Shown here: one piece after another, positions 1 to 7,480 of the stretch
How the letters are laid out: each line of letters starts with the position of its first letter
Position numbering within the stretch: position 1 is the first letter of the stretch
IMG/VR virus record: IMGVR_UViG_2778261541_000010
Span: 1 to 30,311 of that record
Direction: 5' to 3' (one strand)
DNA length: 30,311 bases
Source: a virus
Lineage: Duplodnaviria; Heunggongvirae; Uroviricota; Caudoviricetes
Position numbers and translations under genes: made by a program
The notes under the pieces: model-generated
What the model was told of the DNA's origin: nothing
Databases searched by the model: none
What the model saw: the letters and a program-made list of their open reading frames with translations, nothing else

Positions 1-1251
1 GTGCTTACCGATACAAAATTAAAAAACCTCAAGCCGCAGGACAAACTATACAAAGTCTCCGATCGTGACGGGCTGTATGTAGCTGTGCTTACGTCAGGTA
101 CGGTCTCGTTTCGCTATGACTACCGTATCAACGGTCGCCGCGAAACACTGGTAATCGGGCAGTATGGGCGTGACGGTATCAGCCTGGCAGAAGCGCGAGA
201 AGAACTGATTGCTGCAAAGAAGCTGCTTAAAGCAGGCCAGTCACCGGCTGCTGCTAAACGTGACGGCATCAAAAAGATTCGTGGTGCCGAAACGTTTGCG
301 GTACATACCGACAGTTATATGAAACACGTCATCCTGGCTGAAAGTACCCGCGCAATGAAGCAGGCAGTGATCGACCGTGACATACTTCCGGTTCTTGGCA
401 ACAAAATGATGGCTGAAATTACCACATCGATGGTTCGTGATTTGTGTGACCGGATTGTCGAACGCGGTGGCCGGGCAACAGCAGTGCAGGCCAGGGAGAT
501 CATCAGCAGCGTATACCGTCACGCCAATGACCGTGGTCATGGTTTGTTTAATCCTGCGGCTGACATTAAGCCTTCGTCTATCGCCATATTTAAACCACGA
601 GAGCGAACACTGACACCAGAAGAAATTGGCCTGTTCTTCCGCACGTTGGATGCCATTGGTGCTATGGGCACTATGAAAATGGCTTTAAAACTGGTGCTTA
701 TCACTATGGTTCGTAAGGGCGAATTCACCAATGCAACGTGGGATGAAATAGATTTTAAAAAATGGACATGGACAATTCCTTCAGACCGCATGAAGGGAAG
801 CCGGGCGCATGTTATTTACCTGCCTAAACAGGCTCAGGATATATTGGTCGGGTTGCAGATGTGCGCTGGTGGAAGTGAATATCTGGTTCCTGGTCGTTAC
901 AATTTCCGGAAGCCATTATCTAATGCCGCGCTGAACTCTCTGATCGACAGAACGGTGAAAATAATAAATGAAGATGGTGAGCATATTCAGGATTTCACCG
1001 TACACGATATGCGCCGTACAGCCAGTACGTTGTTGCATGAGGCTGGTTATCCTTCAGACTGGATTGAAAAGGCTCTGGCACATGAGCAGAAAGGTGTGCG
1101 CGCCGTATATAACAAAGCGGAATACGCCAGACAGCGCGCCTACATGTTGCAGCAGTGGGCCGATATGATTGATTCCTGGATTAACGGGGAGCATACGGAT
1201 CTGATTCCGTTCTCCCCGTCGAAGTTTGAGAAGTGGATGGCGGGGGAATAA
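1..1251 (+). CDS. int: Tyrosine site-specific integrase, P4-type; GTG at position 1, so the true N-terminus may lie upstream of the window
   Basis: 416-aa ORF; N-terminal LTDTKLKNLKP...DGLYV...FRYDYRINGRRE matches the DUF4102/arm-binding region of P4-family integrases; C-terminal HDMRRTASTLLHEAG...Y catalytic region. Confidence 0.9.
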   Translation: MLTDTKLKNLKPQDKLYKVSDRDGLYVAVLTSGTVSFRYDYRINGRRETLVIGQYGRDGISLAEAREELIAAKKLLKAGQSPAAAKRDGIKKIRGAETFAVHTDSYMKHVILAESTRAMKQAVIDRDILPVLGNKMMAEITTSMVRDLCDRIVERGGRATAVQAREIISSVYRHANDRGHGLFNPAADIKPSSIAIFKPRERTLTPEEIGLFFRTLDAIGAMGTMKMALKLVLITMVRKGEFTNATWDEIDFKKWTWTIPSDRMKGSRAHVIYLPKQAQDILVGLQMCAGGSEYLVPGRYNFRKPLSNAALNSLIDRTVKIINEDGEHIQDFTVHDMRRTASTLLHEAGYPSDWIEKALAHEQKGVRAVYNKAEYARQRAYMLQQWADMIDSWINGEHTDLIPFSPSKFEKWMAGE

Positions 1252-1254
1252 CGT

Positions 1255-1449
1255 TTAATTATTCTGCTGATTTTCTTCCATCTCGGCTTCTGCTGCCAGT
1301 GATTCAATTTTATCTGTGAATATTGCTGACAGTGTTGCAAATTCAGCATCAGTGACAGCGGGAATTGGAACAAACCTGATCCCGCTGTGTGCAAGCATGT
1401 TTGCAGTTTCAAGGCATTTCCTTAAATCTGCTGGTGATGCCCTGTTCAT
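1255..1449 (-). CDS. Hypothetical small protein (64 aa), translationally coupled to the methyltransferase
   Basis: ATG at 1449 overlaps the upstream TGA stop (ATGA); last gene of the leftward operon; track ORF trimmed to the internal Met. Confidence 0.35.
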   Translation of the reverse strand: MNRASPADLRKCLETANMLAHSGIRFVPIPAVTDAEFATLSAIFTDKIESLAAEAEMEENQQNN

Positions 1450-2096
1450 GCTGCACGCTCCCGCCCCTGGTTGTCTGTTGGTGACAGCGGAGCATTGCTG
1501 AATGCATTTGTTAATCTGGCAATATCCAACGCGTATCCAGGGTGTAGTTGCACTGCCGGGTCTTCGCACTGATTACCCCAAACATCGAAACCATGAGACG
1601 ACTGGCGGGCGAACAGTTCAATGCGAGAAACATCGCCTAACAATTGCACAAGTTTTTCACGAACGATATCTGGTTTTCTTGAATGCTCAAGCCGCGGTGC
1701 GGTAAATGACTGAACGATCCCTGCATTAATGCGCGTAGGTAGTTTTCCCTTTACTGCAAACAGGCAATCTTCACTATTGGCGCGAGTCATGTGTCCCATA
1801 CCCATAACCAGTTTATCTGGTTGTCGACTACCACATTTTATCCACGTGAAGCCCTTCATGGTCATCAGACGGAATCCCCAGGCTTCAACAACTTTTAGTG
1901 CTTCGAGTGGTTGTGTTGGCACCCACCACATGGCCAACAGACAGTTTTCATCGGCCAAATCCCACACAGGAAGGCGGCAGATATCCAGCACACTCATAAC
2001 CGGATATTTAAAACCGGCACCGCGATTACCATCTGCGGCTTTGTCCCGGTATACCCAAGGTGGATCTGCATAGATTAGTGTGTATTTCTTAGTCAT
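1446..2096 (-). CDS. DNA N6-adenine methyltransferase, MT-A70 family (orphan phage MTase)
   Basis: IYADPPW motif near N-terminus, WGF, HSRKP and WGNQ motifs typical of MT-A70; ATG at 2096 has a GGGGTGG Shine-Dalgarno, preferred over the GTG at 2108 given by the track. Confidence 0.8.
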   Translation of the reverse strand: MTKKYTLIYADPPWVYRDKAADGNRGAGFKYPVMSVLDICRLPVWDLADENCLLAMWWVPTQPLEALKVVEAWGFRLMTMKGFTWIKCGSRQPDKLVMGMGHMTRANSEDCLFAVKGKLPTRINAGIVQSFTAPRLEHSRKPDIVREKLVQLLGDVSRIELFARQSSHGFDVWGNQCEDPAVQLHPGYALDIARLTNAFSNAPLSPTDNQGRERAA

Positions 2097-2355
2097 AAAC
2101 CACCCCACAACATCCTATGCCGCTATAGTCGCCACGGCGAAGGCCGTTACCTTTTGTGATACATTGGTCCCTGCGAACCGCGATCCTTGCACGCTCAACA
2201 TCACCAGAAGCAACATCCATACACTGAAGCCAAAGGTGGGCGGCAATGCGGAACTGCCCTTTTTTCTCTCTTTCAATCGCGCGTTTTTCGATCTCTATCG
2301 CCGCAGGAGTAACGGCAACAACCTTTGAATGGCTGCGCATTGAAACTTTGTTCAT
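2089..2355 (-). CDS. Hypothetical small protein (88 aa); start uncertain (ATG 2355 or GTG 2388)
   Basis: ORF in the leftward operon overlapping the MTase start by 8 nt; no family recognised with confidence. Confidence 0.4.
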   Translation of the reverse strand: MNKVSMRSHSKVVAVTPAAIEIEKRAIEREKKGQFRIAAHLWLQCMDVASGDVERARIAVRRDQCITKGNGLRRGDYSGIGCCGVVYD

Positions 2356-2497
2356 GTGATATTTTTCAAGTCGGCTTAACTTTCTCACTTAATCCAACCC
2401 TCTCTGAAAATTAATGCCAGCAGATAAAGCCATGCTGAAACAGAGGCCAGGAATAAGTACCATCCTGACCATTTGCTCAAGTGCCTTAGCAGCACAC

Positions 2498-2746
2498 TCA
2501 TGCAGCGTTGCTCACAGGACGATATACACGTTGCTGAACAGGAGGTTTTTTACCTTGGAACTCTGCCGGGCTTGCTGCCTGACGTTCATCAAGCCAACGC
2601 TCAACTTCGTCACGGTTCCATGCGCAGCGTTTGTCAGTGATATACCAGCGTTTAGGAAATTCACCTGCGCGCTCCATACGGTCGATAGTGCTCCATGACA
2701 GTGGCACCACCGCCAGGAGTTCCTTCTTACCTAATGCACCTTTCAT
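2498..2746 (-). CDS. AlpA-family (prophage CP4-57 regulatory protein-like) HTH regulator/excisionase-like protein
   Basis: LSWSTIDRMERAGEFPKRWYITDKRCAWNRDEVERWLDER resembles the AlpA/MerR-like phage regulator fold; GAGAGG RBS 5 nt upstream. Confidence 0.7.
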   Translation of the reverse strand: MKGALGKKELLAVVPLSWSTIDRMERAGEFPKRWYITDKRCAWNRDEVERWLDERQAASPAEFQGKKPPVQQRVYRPVSNAA

Positions 2747-2795
2747 AAATACCTCTCTTGGTTGCAGTGCGGCGCGCGTGGCGCCGCGGTGGTGG

Positions 2796-3677
2796 TTACA
2801 TAGATGTTTCGTTTAATTCTTCCCGGCGAACGCTGTAAACGTCGGTGGCTTTTGCCAGCAGTTCGTCATCATCTGAAAGTTTTTGTGCAATGTATTTGTA
2901 AGCCTTATCTAGTTCGGAGACAGTGCTGTAATTCATCGCTGCGCTGGTAAAGGCCATCAGCATTTCTTCTGGATCACGGCTATCCGCTTTACGCGTTTGC
3001 TCATCAGGCTTTTTCACTGTTTTAGCGTTGATCAGACTGTTCATTCCCGCAGCAGTGGTCGTTTGCGGAGTAATGTCTCGCTCAACGCGCGGTGCCGTTT
3101 CCTGTAATTCGTCTGGTGTGTAAACACCGAGAAGTACATCAGGAGCGTGCAGGCGAGCCCATCGTTTCGTGCAAAGATAGGCAAGCTGCTGGCGCGGATC
3201 CTGTTCCCACAATGGAGAGTTACGCACTCCGGCTTGCGCCATACTGATGGTAAGCTCACGTGGTTCTGCTTCTCCTTTAAGAACTGCTGACACAGTTACC
3301 GTCAGATTAGGTGATTTATCTGTTTTGCCGTTAACATTCGACCAGTCACCGCTCCAGCGATAATTCAGGCGTGTCGCCAGCAGGCTGGAAGAGGATACGA
3401 CCGCGTTTACCAACTGTGCTTCGTAGCCTAACGTTCCGTTTACCACATGCGTTTTCTGCGCCACGGCGAACGGGTTCATTCCCCACTGTGCCGCCTGCAT
3501 GGTCACCGCCAGGCAATCGGCAGGTTTGCCTTCAAGATGTTTCGGTACAGTCGCTTTGCTTTGTGACATCAACTCCGCGAAACGCACCAGTTGATTCATG
3601 CCCTCGGGGCTGAAGATTGCCGCAGCAGTGCCTACAGTTGCGCCTGGTTGTGATGTGATTGCGATATCATTGCTCAT
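2796..3677 (-). CDS. Single-strand annealing recombinase, Bet/RecT (Red-beta) family
   Basis: QWGMNPF and ERDITP motifs parallel lambda Bet (QYGLNPW, ERDITP); sits directly downstream of the exonuclease with an ATGA start/stop overlap. Confidence 0.7.
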   Translation of the reverse strand: MSNDIAITSQPGATVGTAAAIFSPEGMNQLVRFAELMSQSKATVPKHLEGKPADCLAVTMQAAQWGMNPFAVAQKTHVVNGTLGYEAQLVNAVVSSSSLLATRLNYRWSGDWSNVNGKTDKSPNLTVTVSAVLKGEAEPRELTISMAQAGVRNSPLWEQDPRQQLAYLCTKRWARLHAPDVLLGVYTPDELQETAPRVERDITPQTTTAAGMNSLINAKTVKKPDEQTRKADSRDPEEMLMAFTSAAMNYSTVSELDKAYKYIAQKLSDDDELLAKATDVYSVRREELNETSM

Positions 3678-4495
3678 ACGTACATATCCTGTTTACGTGC
3701 CCAGTCAGGGCGTTTAATAATTTCCACTCCGCCCCATTCATCGTTGATGCGGCATTCGTGATAGGTATTCAGATCCCGGCGGAACAGAGCGTGCCCGGCA
3801 TCGACATCCGGCGCATCCAGCTCGAACACGCGTACCGGATACCGACCACAATCAATGCTTTCGCTCACGGCAAGAAAGAAAAAACCATGTGGCTGACCAG
3901 TAACCCTCATTGCGCCTTCGCGGTACATTGCGTCCTGCACGTGGTAGCGGAACTCCTCGATGTGGCGTGCAAAACGGTCCATATCTGCAACCTTTTTCAC
4001 GTCGACGATCACGTTGTGCTCGTTCAGCCATTTGTCTGGACGAATTCGGCACAACTCACCCGTATCTTCATCGTTCCAGTACATTGATGCTTCGCAGTAA
4101 CCAGGTGCTTCCAACATCCAGCGTGCCGCCGGGTGAGCCATTGCGCTATCACGCATCAGCTCCAGTTTTCGCCACTGCTCTGCATCAAGTACCGAAATCC
4201 CCATATCCGCTACATCACGAATAAATGCCTCTTCGTCAGCTTTACCTTGTTTTGTCCGACGATCGAATTTCGGTGAAACGATGAAGCGTTTGTCAAACTC
4301 TCCAGGTTCCAGAAGCAGACAGTGCAGAGCAGTACCCATGTCCAGTGCAGACTTCTTCTCTTCGTCTTCCGGAGCAGCCTTCACCCATTTCAGAAGGGCA
4401 GGGTTCTTAGCCACCATATCTAGCTGCGACTTACTCACGCCGTCACCGGCGTGGTAGTCCTCGTTGCTGATATCGAAATAAATTCCCGGATTCAT
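3674..4495 (-). CDS. PD-(D/E)XK exonuclease (YqaJ/exonuclease VIII-like), partner of the annealase
   Basis: N-terminal YHA...S.S.L and IVDVKK (D/E-x-K) motif; exo-bet pair typical of phage recombination modules. Confidence 0.7.
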   Translation of the reverse strand: MNPGIYFDISNEDYHAGDGVSKSQLDMVAKNPALLKWVKAAPEDEEKKSALDMGTALHCLLLEPGEFDKRFIVSPKFDRRTKQGKADEEAFIRDVADMGISVLDAEQWRKLELMRDSAMAHPAARWMLEAPGYCEASMYWNDEDTGELCRIRPDKWLNEHNVIVDVKKVADMDRFARHIEEFRYHVQDAMYREGAMRVTGQPHGFFFLAVSESIDCGRYPVRVFELDAPDVDAGHALFRRDLNTYHECRINDEWGGVEIIKRPDWARKQDMYV

Positions 4496-4797
4496 GCCGC
4501 GTCCCTCTGCCCATCAATCTGATCAGCCAGATCCCAGCGGGCGATAATTGCCATTGCCTCGCGCCGGTAGGCATCCATTAGTTCTTCGAACTCAGGGCTG
4601 TCTTTAGCGGCCTCCAGTACTTCCTGGCGAACGCCTTTAACTGTTACAACGTCGAAAGTTGATGCCAGTTGATGAAGCCGGATACTCTCAATCAGTTCAA
4701 CTTGTCGGTCATATAGCTGTTCTGACAGGCGGTAGTCCTTGTCGAATGCCAGCATGATTTTTTGAAGATTTTTCTGCTGATTAACGTTCATACCCAC
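4492..4797 (-). CDS. Hypothetical protein (101 aa) in the recombination operon
   Basis: ORF tightly packed between the coiled-coil gene and the exonuclease (overlapping stop/start). Confidence 0.5.
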   Translation of the reverse strand: MGMNVNQQKNLQKIMLAFDKDYRLSEQLYDRQVELIESIRLHQLASTFDVVTVKGVRQEVLEAAKDSPEFEELMDAYRREAMAIIARWDLADQIDGQRDAA

Positions 4798-4798
4798 C

Positions 4799-5833
4799 TC
4801 AATATTTGATATACGCGTCCTGCACTTTGCCGCCAGCGATAGCCAACATTGCTTTCTGCGCGAATTCTTCGGGAATGCCTTGGGCTATCAGATCTGCGAT
4901 TACTCTGCGGTTAACGGTACGGCGATGCTCTTTATCCGCAGCTCGGCGCGCTTCTTCGTCGGCGATACGCTTCTGTTCTTCAATGCGGGCTTTTTCTGCC
5001 TCCTCTTGGCGTCGGCGTTCCTCGGCAACGGCTTCTTCTTTTTCGCGTCGTGCACGCTGCTCTGCTTCAATTCGCTGACGTTCTGCTACTTCAGCACGTG
5101 CTTTCTCTTCCGCCGCTAGGCGTGCCGCAGCATCAATTTCAGCTTTCGCTTTTTGTTCAGCTTCGAGCCTGGCCTGTTCAGCAGCTTCCCGGCGGATATT
5201 CTCTTCTCGCTCAATGCGCGCTTTTTCCTCCGCTTCTTTGCGAAGTCTCTCCAGCTCAGCGGCTTCATGCTCGCGTTTTTGAGCTACTGCGAGTGATTCT
5301 TCCAGTTTCTGGATGGTTGAATCCTTGGCTACTCCAGCTTCTGCTGCGTACTCCTGCCAACTCTCATCAAGTGCTACTGATTTAGCCTCTTGAATTCGTT
5401 CCTGAATATCAGTTGATGGCAAGTAGTTTCCGGAGAGATCGATCACGTCAGCCAGTGCTCGCAAATTTGTCAGGCGTTGTTGCAGTGCTTCAGTGCGTAA
5501 TTTCTCAGCATTTTCCCACTCGGTGAGTGGGCGGCGTACTTCATCACGAAGCCGATCGCATTCGGTTACGAAGCGTCGTAACTCTGCTTCAACTACTTTC
5601 GGCTGTTCTTTCAGGCGTTTCAGATAATCACGTCCTGGTTTTTCTACCGCTGTTTTACTTCTTGAAACCTTCGCAGCCAGAGATGCAATGCGCTTTCTGC
5701 CTTTGTCTGTGCTAATGTCAGGCACTTCATTAACACCTTCACGGATCTGCTCGAGAAACTTTTCCAGTCCTTTTTCAACGTAAATTCTTGGTGCCATATC
5801 TGGTGTGATTTCGATGATTGATAATTCACTCAT
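4799..5833 (-). CDS. Coiled-coil, E/A/R/K-rich phage protein (TolA-like low complexity)
   Basis: 344-aa ORF with a long repetitive charged helical region (EAEQKAKAEIDAAARLAAEEKARAE...); first large gene of the leftward operon. Confidence 0.6.
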   Translation of the reverse strand: MSELSIIEITPDMAPRIYVEKGLEKFLEQIREGVNEVPDISTDKGRKRIASLAAKVSRSKTAVEKPGRDYLKRLKEQPKVVEAELRRFVTECDRLRDEVRRPLTEWENAEKLRTEALQQRLTNLRALADVIDLSGNYLPSTDIQERIQEAKSVALDESWQEYAAEAGVAKDSTIQKLEESLAVAQKREHEAAELERLRKEAEEKARIEREENIRREAAEQARLEAEQKAKAEIDAAARLAAEEKARAEVAERQRIEAEQRARREKEEAVAEERRRQEEAEKARIEEQKRIADEEARRAADKEHRRTVNRRVIADLIAQGIPEEFAQKAMLAIAGGKVQDAYIKY

Positions 5834-5991
5834 TTGCTAACCTCCTCCCATATCTCGTTATCGTTGGCCACATCGCGAGCTTCTTTGCTGACGAAAGCCC
5901 ACTTAATGCCTTCCTGTAAGGTGCGGAACTTCCAGCTCATGAATCCGCATGCAGTAACGCAGTACCAACCGTTGATGATTTTCCACTGCAT
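5830..5991 (-). CDS. Small ORF (53 aa) missing from the ORF track; first gene downstream of the leftward early promoter
   Basis: My translation: MQWKIINGWYCVTACGFMSWKFRTLQEGIKWAFVSKEARDVANDNEIWEEVSK; GAGG 9 nt upstream of ATG; TGA overlaps the ATG of the next gene (ATGA). Confidence 0.35.
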   Translation of the reverse strand: MQWKIINGWYCVTACGFMSWKFRTLQEGIKWAFVSKEARDVANDNEIWEEVSK

Positions 5992-6010
5992 AACTTGTTA
6001 CCTCGGTCTG

Positions 6011-6025
6011 TTACCGTTGAGGTAA
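6011..6025. promoter_or_regulatory. Operator: perfect 15-bp palindrome TTACCGTTGAGGTAA overlapping the -10 of the leftward early promoter
   Basis: TTACC-N5-GGTAA; 62 bp centre-to-centre from the 6073 site. Confidence 0.7.
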
Positions 6026-6053
6026 TAATTATGCGTATCTGGTTTGATGTCAA
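6025..6053 (-). promoter_or_regulatory. Leftward early promoter (PL-like)
   Basis: Minus-strand TTGACA (6053-6048) followed 14-17 nt later by CATAAT/AATTAT; flanked by two operator palindromes. Confidence 0.5.
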
Positions 6054-6072
6054 TAGGTATGAGTTAAAAAAA

Positions 6073-6087
6073 TTACCCATCAGGTAA
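6073..6087. promoter_or_regulatory. Operator: TTACCCATCAGGTAA
   Basis: Perfect TTACC-N5-GGTAA palindrome between the repressor terminator and the leftward promoter. Confidence 0.7.
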
Positions 6088-6097
6088 TCGCACAGGC

Positions 6098-6123
6098 AAT
6101 AAAAAAGCCGCCATGAGGCGGCT
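6098..6123 (-). terminator. Intrinsic terminator of the repressor gene
   Basis: Minus-strand hairpin AGCCGCC-TCAT-GGCGGCT followed by TTTTTATT; 22 nt downstream of the repressor stop. Confidence 0.7.
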
Positions 6124-6144
6124 TACTTACTGAAAAATATGATT

Positions 6145-6729
6145 TTATTGTTTGTTTTTTTCGTTCTGGCTGATGACAAATTCAATGTAACTTTCGATCT
6201 TTGCCTTCTCTGTTTCAGGTAACAATGCGTAGCGCGAGCGGTCATAGTTGATGGTCGCAGGGTCGTGCGGGTGAATCAGTAATTCATAGCCGTGACGCCC
6301 GAATGCGGATGCAACATTCTCCAGGGTGGAAATGGAAACACTGACCTCATTGTTTAACAGGCGGCTGATTGTCACCTGGGCGACGCCGGATGCGCGGTGA
6401 AGTTTTCCCTGCGTTGAAAGGTCGCGGCTTTCGCTCATCCAGCGTTCTAGGTTGTGAGCCGCCAGCTGACCAATGTCGCTTGGGCCGACAGGCTGAAAAC
6501 CTTCCTGAGAAAGCGAGCGATCGATATCAAGCCAGTTACGGGGTTTATTGGCGGCAGCTTCAATTTTTCGCGCAACCTGGTCGCCGATAACCTTCTTGCC
6601 AAGAGCCCAGCGGTTTACCAGATTTGCCTGAGTTCCAAGTTTTTCTGCCATCCGCGTCTGAACACCATTGAATTCACGGTCGATCAAGTCGTTGAGATTT
6701 TGCCTGCGGACGTCCTGGATACTTTTCAT
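6145..6729 (-). CDS. Phage repressor with two XRE-type HTH domains in tandem (CI-like function)
   Basis: Two HTH segments (MAEKLGTQANLVNRWALGKK and ASGVAQVTISRLLNNEVSVS); divergent from a cro-like gene across an operator-rich intergenic region; own terminator downstream. Confidence 0.8.
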   Translation of the reverse strand: MKSIQDVRRQNLNDLIDREFNGVQTRMAEKLGTQANLVNRWALGKKVIGDQVARKIEAAANKPRNWLDIDRSLSQEGFQPVGPSDIGQLAAHNLERWMSESRDLSTQGKLHRASGVAQVTISRLLNNEVSVSISTLENVASAFGRHGYELLIHPHDPATINYDRSRYALLPETEKAKIESYIEFVISQNEKNKQ

Positions 6730-6784
6730 TTTCTGGAAAATCGCCTCATATATGAATCAGTAGATGATTCAATTTAAAGCAATA

Positions 6785-6799
6785 TTACCCAATAGGTAA
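6785..6799. promoter_or_regulatory. Operator O1 of the immunity region: TTACCCAATAGGTAA
   Basis: Perfect palindrome between divergent repressor and cro genes. Confidence 0.7.
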
Positions 6800-6801
6800 A
6801 T

Positions 6802-6816
6802 GCACCCCATAGGTAA
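6802..6816. promoter_or_regulatory. Degenerate operator O2: GCACCCCATAGGTAA
   Basis: Right half-site perfect, left half 3/5; 17 bp from O1. Confidence 0.45.
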
Positions 6817-6829
6817 CTATCCTTGATTT

Positions 6830-6858
6830 TTGTTACCTTATGGGTGAATATTTATTAT
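6830..6858 (+). promoter_or_regulatory. Rightward early promoter driving cro (PR-like)
   Basis: TTGTTA-17 bp-TATTAT, about 25 nt upstream of the cro ATG. Confidence 0.5.
6833..6847. promoter_or_regulatory. Operator O3: TTACCTTATGGGTGA (one mismatch), overlapping the cro promoter
   Basis: Overlaps -35 TTGTTA (6830-6835) of a promoter with -10 TATTAT (6853-6858), 17-bp spacer. Confidence 0.55.
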
Positions 6859-6883
6859 CTGAAATAAATATCAGGCAATAGCT

Positions 6884-7114
6884 ATGAGCGATAACGGACA
6901 TTTCGATTTCAAAAAGCACTGGCTTGCACTTACTCCGGATGAGCGTGAAGCCTTCGCACAGGAAGCCGGAACGACGAGTCACTATATCCAGACTCACTTA
7001 ACAGGTAAGCGCAAAATGCCAGGTAAGGTATTGATGAATGGGCTTTTTAAAGCCTGTAAAACAAGACAATGGCTGCGCTCAAAAGCAGAACTGGCATACT
7101 TCTTCTACTCATGA
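6884..7114 (+). CDS. Cro-like small HTH regulator
   Basis: 76-aa ORF divergent from the repressor; HTH-like LTPDEREAFAQEAGTTSHYIQTHLTGKR; promoter and operators immediately upstream; terminator downstream. Confidence 0.6.
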   Translation: MSDNGHFDFKKHWLALTPDEREAFAQEAGTTSHYIQTHLTGKRKMPGKVLMNGLFKACKTRQWLRSKAELAYFFYS

Positions 7115-7136
7115 TATCCAGCCACAACCCTCTGTA

Positions 7137-7158
7137 GACCGCCATCCGGCGGTCTTTT
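7137..7158 (+). terminator. Intrinsic terminator immediately after cro (tR1-like)
   Basis: GACCGCC-ATCC-GGCGGTC followed by TTTTCAT. Confidence 0.6.
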
Positions 7159-7169
7159 CATATCTATTC

Positions 7170-7184
7170 GCACCTCAAAGGTAA
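7170..7184. promoter_or_regulatory. Degenerate operator-like site GCACCTCAAAGGTAA
   Basis: Same GCACC-N5-GGTAA variant as the 6802 site; lies between the cro terminator and the zinc-ribbon gene. Confidence 0.35.
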
Positions 7185-7264
7185 TAAAAAACCAAATCTG
7201 GTTGATCTTTTTTTTGTGTCAGCACAAAATAACCGTAATCCCAATACTAATAACAGGGCTTACC

Positions 7265-7465
7265 ATGGAAATCATTACACGTATTGATGCCGCAAAGCGC
7301 GGACTTAAACGCTACTACACCGGAAAACCATGTAAGCACGGACATGACAGTGAACGCTGGGTTTACAACGGACACTGTGTTGAGTGCACCATGGAATCAA
7401 ACCGTCGCATCAGGGCAGAGATTAAGCAGATCATGATTAATTCCTCCCCACAACATTCAAGCTGA
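7265..7465 (+). CDS. Small zinc-ribbon protein (C-x-H...C-x2-C), occupying the cII-like position
   Basis: YYTGKPCKHGHDSERWVYNGHCVEC motif; start trimmed to the ATG at 7265 rather than the track start at 7202. Confidence 0.5.
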   Translation: MEIITRIDAAKRGLKRYYTGKPCKHGHDSERWVYNGHCVECTMESNRRIRAEIKQIMINSSPQHSS

Positions 7466-7480
7466 TAGCGGAGATTAATC

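Noticed and set aside
5834-6025. 63-aa plus-strand ORF in the leftward promoter region
   Set aside because: Overlaps the operator, the promoter and the better-supported minus-strand 53-aa ORF; no RBS
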